Source: Opitutales bacterium
GTDB taxonomy: Bacteria > Verrucomicrobiota > Verrucomicrobiia > Opitutales > Coraliomargaritaceae
Reading direction: 5' to 3'
DNA: 32,000 nucleotides
Assembly (NCBI GenBank): GCA_049606355.1
Contig: JBMYVL010000001.1
Location: 166,871 to 198,870 of the forward strand
Positions 1 to 7,501 of the stretch are shown piece after piece. Made by a program: the position numbers and the translations under genes. Each line of letters starts with the position of its first letter. Positions within the stretch are counted from its first letter, which is position 1. The notes beneath the pieces are model-generated. The model was given only the letters and a program-made list of their open reading frames with translations, was not told the DNA's origin and searched no databases.

Positions 1-61
1 ATCGAACGCATCAGCCCAGCAATGAGTTGCCCGACTCAAGCTCCTGACAAAGTAGCCCGAT

Positions 62-89
62 AAAAAAAGACCCGCAGCGCTGCGGGTCT
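62..89 (-). terminator. Rho-independent terminator of the secretin operon
   Basis: Perfect 22-nt palindrome AGACCCGCAGC/GCTGCGGGTCT at 68-89, giving a GC-rich 9-bp stem and a 4-nt loop. On the minus strand it is followed by a run of 7 T (the A-run at 62-68 on plus). It lies 24 nt downstream of the secretin stop codon (114-116). On the plus strand only TT follows, so it mainly serves the minus strand. Confidence 0.8.
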
Positions 90-113
90 TGGCAAACAAT
101 TGATTTGGGATGA

Positions 114-2519
114 CTATTCCTCAGTCAAATCCACAGAACGATTCGCTGCGCCGGAAGGCGTCATCACCGTTGGGTTTTGGAACAGGGCATTGGCCTTCGC
201 ATTCGGATAATTCTGGCGCGCCAGCGAGCCGCCCGGGCTAACCAAGTTAGCGGTAACGAAAATCAGCAAGTTGCGCTTTTGGCGGGTCTCCCCCTCCGAG
301 CGAAACAGACGCCCGACTCCCGGAATATCCCCCAGTAACGGCACCTTATCGCTTACCGTCTTCACTTCATCGCGGGTCAAGCCCCCCATCACTAAAGTAG
401 CGCCATCAAACACGGTTACCTCCGTAGAAATCTGCCGTGTTGAAAAGATAGGCTGATAAAAGCCAGCGGGCACAGTAACCGTCGTACCACCCGAAATCGC
501 AATGCTGGGCCCTCCATACTCCACAAAGCCTTCAAATTCGGTAACGGTCGGCTCTAAAATGAGGCTGATGGAATCATCATTCTCGACATTGGGCGTAACC
601 GCCAGCTCGACGCCGACGTTACGCGTCACAAAGTCTTCAGGGGTGCCTGCCGTGATCGAAATGGAGGATCCGCCGCCTTCATCGCCAGCGCCACTACTGG
701 TCGAGGCAGTCGACTCAATATCGCCGTAACTCTCCGGATAGCGCAACTCTTGTGCCACCGAAATCGTGGCGCGCTTGCCGGACAACACGGTGACCTTTGG
801 TGCGCTCATTAGATCCGTACCTGACTTGCGCGACAATGCGCGCAGTTCAAGATCAAGATTATTGGTTGATCCCAAGCCGATGATGCCTGCCTTATTAAAG
901 GTGGCTCCAGCCACGCCCGATGCCACATCCGTGGCCAAATCGGTCACTGAAGGTAACACGGGAGGAGTAATGGACCCTTTGTTAACTCCATCTATTAAAA
1001 TTTCACTCCCTTCTTGGGAGACTCCAAAGGCGTCGGCGAGCGAACGCGGCTTAAATTGCGAGACTTTAGTTTCTCCGTCATAGTGTGTCCAATTGAAGCC
1101 GAGTTCCTCTAAGTCACCTTGGGCAACTTCTAAGAATTTCGCCTCAATCTCAACCTGTTTGACTTCGCTGTAGTTGCGTAAGATGGCACGCATCCGATCC
1201 AGGTTTTGGCGGGTCTGGGTTACGATGAGTTGCTCCCCGTCAAAAGCGAGGCTGGCACCCGGCAACCCGAAATTCACGCCCGCACGCTGAAAAAAGGCCT
1301 GCAGGGCATTGGTTTTATCATCGGCGACGACTCTCGCTTCGATTGCTGCAGCAAAGGGATCGGCCGACGTGACCGAAGCTGCGCCTCCCTCACCAAAGCC
1401 TGTGAGGCGAATCACGGTTCCCGCAGAGATGGGGAAAAATTCAGTAACGGTGCTTTGCGTGCCCGCTTGACCAAAACTCGGCGACACCGTCACCGCATCC
1501 GCGCCCACCTCGTAAGTGAAGTTCACCTGCTGCGTCACGAATTGTAAGATACGATCGAGGCTCAGGTTACGCAGGCTGATATTCACCCGTGGGTTATTCT
1601 CACTCGGATTGAAAAGCGGCACAATATTGACGCCGATACGATCGGGGTCGTACTCAAGTGACAGTTCGGACAAAGTCTCAAGCACCCGGGTGAGCTCCAT
1701 ATTGGAAAAGTTCACCTGCGGAATCACAATCGTGGACAATTTCTGTTGGACTAAACTAGGCCCGGAACTCTGTGCGAATGAGCCTTCAGCAATGTCAAAG
1801 ACTTTGGGACGATCCCATTGCTGATCCACTTCGGTGAGCATTTGCGCGCGTGTTTTATAGAGATTTTCGGCGTGAATGCCACCAAGGACCAGAGCAATAC
1901 GCTTCGAAAACAATTTCGCTTCCTTGTTGTTGGCGTCACGCGCTTCCACCTCCCGAAACGTTTGCGCCGCACCTTCGTAATCACCATGCAAAAATTGTGT
2001 ACGCCCGCGCACCAGCAAGTCACGTGTGATCTTAGCTTGAGCCACATGGCTAGGGCTCACTTCCTCGATAGTGAGTGCATTCGGATCAGCCCGTTGCGCC
2101 GCAGAGTCGTCTGCGGCTTGAACACGAACCAAGGCCTCGAGCTCGGCTGGAGCAGTAACAGTCGGTGGCACATCGATAGTCGATGCCTTTTGAGGAGCAC
2201 TTGAGAGACCGCCAGAAACTATAGGTGGTGATACCGAGTCGCGACTGGCGGCAGTCTTATCCAAAGCATCATTGATCGAAGCGAGAAGTTGGTGAACATG
2301 CACATCCTCGGGGGCGACCTTGATGAGTGCTTCAGCCTTCGCCTTCGCAGTCACCAGATCACCCGAGTCACGTGCACGTAGCGTATCTGCCATCAGACGG
2401 ATCTTGCTAGGCTCTTGAGCGATTGCCAGCGAAGGCAGGGCCAACCAAGCAGTGCCAAGTGCACAGATAACGAGTGCCATCGCTTTGCGGGAACGAAGAT
2501 AAAAACATTGGTTCATCAT
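114..2519 (-). CDS. Secretin (PilQ/GspD family outer-membrane channel) with a long N-terminal helical/TPR-like extension
   Basis: The C-terminal secretin signature is present: KVPLLGDIPGVGRLFRSEGETRQKRNLLIFVTANLV. The N-terminus has a signal peptide (MMNQCFYLRSRKAMALVICALGTAWLALPSLAIA/QEP). The position 2520-2522 of the ORF track is TTG, and the first ATG is at 2519. It is the last gene of a PilM/N-containing operon. Confidence 0.9.
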   Translation of the reverse strand: MMNQCFYLRSRKAMALVICALGTAWLALPSLAIAQEPSKIRLMADTLRARDSGDLVTAKAKAEALIKVAPEDVHVHQLLASINDALDKTAASRDSVSPPIVSGGLSSAPQKASTIDVPPTVTAPAELEALVRVQAADDSAAQRADPNALTIEEVSPSHVAQAKITRDLLVRGRTQFLHGDYEGAAQTFREVEARDANNKEAKLFSKRIALVLGGIHAENLYKTRAQMLTEVDQQWDRPKVFDIAEGSFAQSSGPSLVQQKLSTIVIPQVNFSNMELTRVLETLSELSLEYDPDRIGVNIVPLFNPSENNPRVNISLRNLSLDRILQFVTQQVNFTYEVGADAVTVSPSFGQAGTQSTVTEFFPISAGTVIRLTGFGEGGAASVTSADPFAAAIEARVVADDKTNALQAFFQRAGVNFGLPGASLAFDGEQLIVTQTRQNLDRMRAILRNYSEVKQVEIEAKFLEVAQGDLEELGFNWTHYDGETKVSQFKPRSLADAFGVSQEGSEILIDGVNKGSITPPVLPSVTDLATDVASGVAGATFNKAGIIGLGSTNNLDLELRALSRKSGTDLMSAPKVTVLSGKRATISVAQELRYPESYGDIESTASTSSGAGDEGGGSSISITAGTPEDFVTRNVGVELAVTPNVENDDSISLILEPTVTEFEGFVEYGGPSIAISGGTTVTVPAGFYQPIFSTRQISTEVTVFDGATLVMGGLTRDEVKTVSDKVPLLGDIPGVGRLFRSEGETRQKRNLLIFVTANLVSPGGSLARQNYPNAKANALFQNPTVMTPSGAANRSVDLTEE

Positions 2520-2528
2520 CAAATTAAT

Positions 2529-3458
2529 TTATGCTCTATAGTTAAAGTGCTGATCGTGAAAGAAAGCGATCACCTTGTCCTCAGGAATCGACTCATTTGG
2601 ATTTTCGAGATTCCTCGCTGCGATCGTCTCCGGAGGCGAGGAAAGGGTGAGCGTTTCCGTCTGCTCTGGCGACGCATCGGATTCTAATTTTTTCAGTGTG
2701 ATGCTTGCGCCCTCAAAGTCGATCGCTTCCACTTGAAATTTCCCAAACGGGGTCAAGAAAGACTCGCCGATCGCAGTTGGACGGATTTCGACGGTTTCAT
2801 CTTCGGCAGAGCGTAACACGATCTCAATACGATCTGCATACAACGCTTGCCCATGAATAAAGGTCTTTTCGACGCCAGTGCGGCAATCGAGAATCTTCGC
2901 AGTCGCCGCTTTGGTTAAACTGCCATCCCCTTCCATCCGGCGCACCACATCAAAGCTCAACACTTCGAATGCTGCCGATTCAAGGGTATCGCCGACTCGA
3001 GCGCGCAGGCTGCTATCCGTTTCCCTGTCATAAAATAAGAGCAAGGTTTTGCGGCCCTCCGTAAACTCCTCTTCGATATAGCCATCCAGCTGAATTCGAT
3101 ACAGGGGACGCTCAAGCTTGGCTAAATAGAGACCAAAGGGAGCGAATGTCGCGGAATCTTCATACGGCGAATGGATCGTAAACGAACCGTCAGGCCCAAG
3201 AAAAATCTGCGGTGGCGTGAATAGATCATACACCCACCCCGAGGGCTGGGGCTGCGCTTCAGGCCAATGAACTGGCTTCGTTTTCGCCGCAGGCACTGGT
3301 TGCGGCACGAAAGCTGCACCCTGCAGAACAACAGCAGGAGAACTCGACGGTGAGTTTGGCATCGGCACCCATGCAACCGCAACGATCCCACTGGCGCTGA
3401 GCACCAGAAGCCCCATCAGAAACAGTAGCTTGTCGTAAGCCTTATCCATCAAACTCAT
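2529..3458 (-). CDS. Bitopic membrane protein in the PilP position: N-terminal TM helix, Pro-rich linker, beta-rich periplasmic domain
   Basis: The ORF extends to 3554, but that would overlap the upstream gene by 113 nt. In-frame ATGs at 3458 (MSLMDK) and 3449 (MDKAY) sit just before a TM helix (LLFLMGLLVLSASGIVAVAWV). A Pro/Ser-rich linker (PMPNSPSSSPAVV...PQPVPAAKTKPVHWPEAQPQPSGW) follows, then a WVYDLFTPP motif reminiscent of the DPF motif of PilP/GspC-type proteins. I recognise no named family with certainty. Confidence 0.65.
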   Translation of the reverse strand: MSLMDKAYDKLLFLMGLLVLSASGIVAVAWVPMPNSPSSSPAVVLQGAAFVPQPVPAAKTKPVHWPEAQPQPSGWVYDLFTPPQIFLGPDGSFTIHSPYEDSATFAPFGLYLAKLERPLYRIQLDGYIEEEFTEGRKTLLLFYDRETDSSLRARVGDTLESAAFEVLSFDVVRRMEGDGSLTKAATAKILDCRTGVEKTFIHGQALYADRIEIVLRSAEDETVEIRPTAIGESFLTPFGKFQVEAIDFEGASITLKKLESDASPEQTETLTLSSPPETIAARNLENPNESIPEDKVIAFFHDQHFNYRA

Positions 3459-4449
3459 CTGGCAGAACCTGTTTTTGAATGCGGGTTTTGAGCGCTCCCA
3501 AAATCTCAATAAACTCAAGCTCGAGCGTGAAGCGGGAAATATTCTCAGAAACAATGGGCTTTTGCGTCTCGCGGGGCGCAGTCGACAAGGCGGGGTTCAT
3601 CGTACTGAAAGCACCCAAAAGTGCATCGAATGAATGGCTGCGCTCATCTTTCACATCCACAGCAAGCTTGTCCGGACGACGGACTTCCATACTACGAACC
3701 ACAATCGGCAATTGAAACTCCGCCAGCGCATTCAAAAATTCACGCAATGAGCGAGAATAACCACTAAAAGTGATTCGAAATGCGGTCGTACCGATGACGC
3801 CGGGCACTCGTGCGGATACTGCGGGGTCGATGCGATACCCTTCAAGCGAACCGTTTTTCGCGGTTGTGCGCTCAAGCCATTCGCGTTCAACGGCATCAAT
3901 ACGAAGCGGATTCGCAGCCATCAACTGGGCGACAATATGCGACAAAATCTGACGCTGCTGATCCAGCCGTGGGATTACTTCTACCGAATCCGGAACGGTG
4001 GCTTCTACGGCATAAGCCTCAAAACCAAACGCGCACGCTTCGGACAACTCGATCGGCGCCAAAACCTCTTGCTGTTGCGCCGTACTGAAGCGTCGATGCG
4101 CTGATGCCTGTTGGCGGGACTCAACGATGAATTGCTGAATCCCAGCCATCACACTCACGCCGTCGCTGGATAGCGTCATTTGAGCGCCGCGCTGCAAATC
4201 ATCGCCGATGCGGTGCAGTGCATGTGTTAATTGGGTCAAATTATCCTGAGCCAGAGCAATATTTTCGTCGGACGGGGCGGGCGAAGCAGTCACCAATGCT
4301 TGCAAGCGCAGACTGGCTGCGGTTGCCGCACGCTGCGCCTCGAGGGCCTCAGATATGGCGCTCCACGCACAGTACAGTCCGGATACGACGAACAGAAGAC
4401 ACAACACTATCAGCGCAACGAATCGTGGATTCTTTTGGGCTGCAGGCAT
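3442..4449 (-). CDS. Amuc_1100-like bitopic protein (PilO-position component of the secretin operon)
   Basis: ATG start at 4449. The N-terminus has a TM anchor (FVALIVLCLLFVVSGLYCAWSAI) followed by a coiled-coil-like segment. Several stretches resemble the Akkermansia Amuc_1100 sequence as I remember it: CAFGFEAY vs LGFQVY, LPIVVRSMEVRRPD vs LFTVNSIRIRNER, and KPIVSENISRFTLELEFIEI vs KPYMGKEQVFVKVSLNLVHF. This is a memory-based comparison, not a search. Its position between the PilM-N fusion and the secretin supports the call. Confidence 0.6.
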   Translation of the reverse strand: MPAAQKNPRFVALIVLCLLFVVSGLYCAWSAISEALEAQRAATAASLRLQALVTASPAPSDENIALAQDNLTQLTHALHRIGDDLQRGAQMTLSSDGVSVMAGIQQFIVESRQQASAHRRFSTAQQQEVLAPIELSEACAFGFEAYAVEATVPDSVEVIPRLDQQRQILSHIVAQLMAANPLRIDAVEREWLERTTAKNGSLEGYRIDPAVSARVPGVIGTTAFRITFSGYSRSLREFLNALAEFQLPIVVRSMEVRRPDKLAVDVKDERSHSFDALLGAFSTMNPALSTAPRETQKPIVSENISRFTLELEFIEILGALKTRIQKQVLPDEFDG

Positions 4450-4452
4450 CCG

Positions 4453-6123
4453 TTAAAGTGGTTGCGTCGCATCGACGCTAAGATGAATGACGAAAGGTAA
4501 AACATTCAGGCCCTCATTCAATTTAGTCCATCGAATGACCGGTTGCTTCGCTGCGACGACGAATTCCGAGTCCAGAAAATTGGACTGCAGTTGCTTGATG
4601 CGACGCGTCAGCAAGGCACGATCGACTTTTGAGGTAGGGTGGATTGGCTCCCGGACCAACATTTCCCCAGAGAGAGTAATCGTAGTGCCCGAATCGCCCT
4701 CCTGCAAATCGCTGCGCGTCACGATAAGCGAATCCAGCCACACGTCTTCAATTTGAGTGAGGCTAGCCTGTAGCTCCGCACAAAACTGGATCCAGTTCGC
4801 CTTCGATTCAATCAGCGCTTCGACCCCACGAATCTCATCTCGTAATGCACTCACAGTAGCGGTTAATTTGGCAAGCACGCTTTGCTTGGAGCTCAATGGC
4901 TGAACCAGCGCAGTTAATTCCGCTGTCTGCGCCCGGTAGGCACGCTCACTTTGCTTACAACTGAAAAAGACCGTCCATGGTGCGAGCGCCAAACAAGCGG
5001 CAGCAACCGCAAGAAAAGGTATTTTAGTGCCAAAGCATCGCTCACGCTTCATCGCATCGGGCAACAAATCGACCATTGCGGGATTCGTAATCTGACCACA
5101 AATCGCTTCTCCGACAATCGCACTGGCTGCGAGTTTCAACCCAGCTGCACTCTCGGCGGCACCGGCAGCAAATGTTACTGCCTGCAGTGGATCAAAAGTG
5201 CGAACGGCGATTTGCGTAGATGTTTCTAGTTCGTCTGCCAAAAGCTTCAGTGGACCATCACAACCACTGAGTCGAATCTGTACGGGTGCTGCGATGCCTT
5301 GCTGTCGACGATAACGAACCATTGATCGGTCGACTTCTTGGCGCATGCGACATACGAAAGCAGTTAGGCTGCCATTCCTCTCTCGAGCACTTTCAGAATC
5401 GTCCTCGCCCCCTCGAGCAGCTTCATCTGACTTGAGCGGCATCGTTTCGCCCACAGGTAAGTTTCGTCTCGAGTGAGTCGAGCTGCTTCGAGGCAACATA
5501 CTGGTACCTAAGCCGAGATGACGCGCGAAAAAACCATTCGCATGGACATACAGTAGACTCGATGCGCGCACTCCGACATGCACCCACAGCACGTCGGTTT
5601 CGGGCTCTGGCTCAACAAATCGAAACGTATTATAATCGAGCACAGAGGCCACTCGAATCGCGGTAACGCGAAGCGCAGTCCGTGACACACACGCGCAGAG
5701 TTTTTCAAGAGTCCTTACCTCACAGGCGACAACTAGAACCTCGGCCTCGACTCCATCATCGCCGATTACTTGGCTATCCCAAACGACTTCATTTAAAGCG
5801 TAGGGTATGCTTTGCTGAATCTCATAGCTAATGACTTCCTTGCGCTTGGAGGTCTCGACCTGAGGTATGCGGATCGTCTTCGTCAGCACCTGATTGCCCG
5901 GCAGAATAAAAGTTGCCGGGCCCGATAGCTGGTGCTGCGTCGTCAATTTTTGCAACGCTGCATCTACAGCAGTTAGCCATGCATCCGCGGATGTATGTGC
6001 ATACTCCAGCCGCTCGGAAACAATTTTATCAATTCGCAGCACCGGGCCACGATAAGAGACCAAGGCTGCAGTTAGCGCAGAAGACCCGCAATTTACAATG
6101 AGTCGATTCGATTTTCTGCTCAT
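4453..6123 (-). CDS. PilM-PilN fusion protein: cytoplasmic actin-like ATPase-fold domain, one TM helix, periplasmic PilN-like domain
   Basis: The N-terminus (NRLIVNCGSSALTAALV) matches the phosphate-1 type beginning of PilM/FtsA actin-like proteins. A single TM helix (IPFLAVAAACLALAPWTVFF, nt 4960-5022) is followed by a coiled coil and a roughly 100-aa C-terminal domain, as in PilN. The ORF-track start at 6141 is TTG. The first ATG is at 6123 (MSRKSN). Confidence 0.75.
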   Translation of the reverse strand: MSRKSNRLIVNCGSSALTAALVSYRGPVLRIDKIVSERLEYAHTSADAWLTAVDAALQKLTTQHQLSGPATFILPGNQVLTKTIRIPQVETSKRKEVISYEIQQSIPYALNEVVWDSQVIGDDGVEAEVLVVACEVRTLEKLCACVSRTALRVTAIRVASVLDYNTFRFVEPEPETDVLWVHVGVRASSLLYVHANGFFARHLGLGTSMLPRSSSTHSRRNLPVGETMPLKSDEAARGGEDDSESARERNGSLTAFVCRMRQEVDRSMVRYRRQQGIAAPVQIRLSGCDGPLKLLADELETSTQIAVRTFDPLQAVTFAAGAAESAAGLKLAASAIVGEAICGQITNPAMVDLLPDAMKRERCFGTKIPFLAVAAACLALAPWTVFFSCKQSERAYRAQTAELTALVQPLSSKQSVLAKLTATVSALRDEIRGVEALIESKANWIQFCAELQASLTQIEDVWLDSLIVTRSDLQEGDSGTTITLSGEMLVREPIHPTSKVDRALLTRRIKQLQSNFLDSEFVVAAKQPVIRWTKLNEGLNVLPFVIHLSVDATQPL

Positions 6124-6150
6124 CGGTATGGGCGTAAGCAAAGCCCGAGG

Positions 6151-6741
6151 CTAAGGCTGTGCTTCACGACGGATAAATACAGGTTGGTTACGTGCTTGGG
6201 TTGTGAATTTCACCGGTGTAAAGTAGGCAGGCAGGAGCAGGTGGTTCGTTTGCATCAACTGCGCACTCGCTTTGGCTTGCATGTTTCTAAGCATCGCGAT
6301 GTCGCGGATCGAACGGCTCAAAGCTTTGCCGGACTCGCGGGGATCCTGCGGGATCCCCTCCACCGATAGCTCTATAGAGTAGTACTTCGGGCGTACAGGA
6401 AGGGCATCCCGTTTCACGATCGGCCCTGGTAGATAGAAGTAGACACTGTTTTTGTGACGCGCCTCCATAACCATGATTTCAACTGAAGCTGAATAAAACC
6501 GAAACTCACCGTTCGCCAATGCGTAGCCCAACAATGGTGTCACGGTAATATTTTCTACAAAATCGGCATTCCGCGCAGTAGGTGACGGATTACCCAGGCA
6601 CAGGAGTTCAATCTCAACCTGCGTCCAGTTATCACCGAGCGCATCAAACTTGACGCGCTCTACCATGATGCTTGATTGCCCAAACAACGAGGTGGAGGCA
6701 GCCATTAAACCCAGTAGGAGTCTCGGGCGCAGTTTGGTCAT
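6151..6741 (-). CDS. Small secreted protein of unknown function, first gene of the secretin operon
   Basis: ATG at 6741. It has a Sec-type signal peptide (MTKLRPRLLLGLMAASTSLFGQSS) and mixed beta/alpha content. There is no class III prepilin motif. Only 9-27 nt separate it from the PilM-N gene. It occupies the position of Amuc_1102 in the Akkermansia cluster (synteny inference only). Confidence 0.6.
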   Translation of the reverse strand: MTKLRPRLLLGLMAASTSLFGQSSIMVERVKFDALGDNWTQVEIELLCLGNPSPTARNADFVENITVTPLLGYALANGEFRFYSASVEIMVMEARHKNSVYFYLPGPIVKRDALPVRPKYYSIELSVEGIPQDPRESGKALSRSIRDIAMLRNMQAKASAQLMQTNHLLLPAYFTPVKFTTQARNQPVFIRREAQP

Positions 6742-7000
6742 GGTGACAGTTGATCGGATATCCGTGACGCTTGGGACCTAATATAAAAAAATAAAACCCT
6801 ACAGGGCGCCAATGGGAACTCGAACACTGACACACCCCCTTGCCATAAACTGTCATGTGTTAAATCGCAGCACAGTGGGCGCGCCAATAACAATTTCTAG
6901 AACTGCCGTGAATAACTTATAAATATACCGCGCGCCTCCACACCGGCCAGCAGCCGACAAAAGCCTTGCTCCAAGCGAGCAGATTGAAACTTTCATCTAT
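6742..7000. promoter_or_regulatory. Divergent intergenic region likely holding promoters for the secretin operon (-) and the NUDIX gene (+)
   Basis: This is a 259-nt non-coding gap between divergently oriented start codons. It contains the most AT-rich tract of the window (TAATATAAAAAAATAAAA, 6779-6796). On the minus strand this reads TTTTATTTTTTTATATTA, which includes a TATATT -10-like hexamer about 35 nt upstream of the ATG at 6741. No convincing -35 element is visible. Confidence 0.3.
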
Positions 7001-7501
7001 ATGCCTACCGAGCTTCCCTTCAAAATCAGTGTGTTGGTCTTTTTGCGCAACGCACGTGGCGACCACTTGCTGATCCAGCGGCGTAAGGCGCCGAATCAAG
7101 GTTGCTGGAGCCCGATTGGCGGTAAGCTGGATATGCATATCGGCGAGTCGCCCTACGAATGCGCCCGCCGGGAAACACACGAAGAGGTTGGCTTAGCATT
7201 GACCGATGCCGAGCTTCACTGCTTCGGCTATATCTCTGAGAAGAGCTACGAAGGCACCGGCCATTGGCTGATGTTCCTCTTTGACTGCCGGCAGCAGCTC
7301 GAGTCACTCCCTGCCACCATCGACGAGGGGCACTTCGCATTTTTCAGCCGTACTGCGATTGATACACTACCGATTCCGGAAACCGATCGCACCCTACTAT
7401 GGCCTTATTATGACAATTACCGGCAGGGCTTCGTCGGCTTGCGTGCCAACTGCGATCCCGCCGGCAAGCTATCGCTCGTGGAAGAACTCAAGCTACTGTA
7501 G
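7001..7501 (+). CDS. NUDIX hydrolase
   Basis: A Nudix box is present: GGKLDMHIGESPYECARRETHEEVGL (G-x-E-x7-REuxEExGu pattern). ATG start at 7001. The 166-aa length is typical of single-domain NUDIX enzymes. Confidence 0.85.
   Translation: MPTELPFKISVLVFLRNARGDHLLIQRRKAPNQGCWSPIGGKLDMHIGESPYECARRETHEEVGLALTDAELHCFGYISEKSYEGTGHWLMFLFDCRQQLESLPATIDEGHFAFFSRTAIDTLPIPETDRTLLWPYYDNYRQGFVGLRANCDPAGKLSLVEELKLL

Noticed and set aside
1-63. Possible 3' end of a plus-strand gene (frame 1 reads IERISPAMSCPTQAPDKVAR then stop at 61-63) sharing the terminator at 62-89
   Set aside because: Only 20 codons are visible, with no recognisable motif, and the hairpin has a poor U-tract in the plus orientation. 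The fragment cannot be supported as coding from this window alone.
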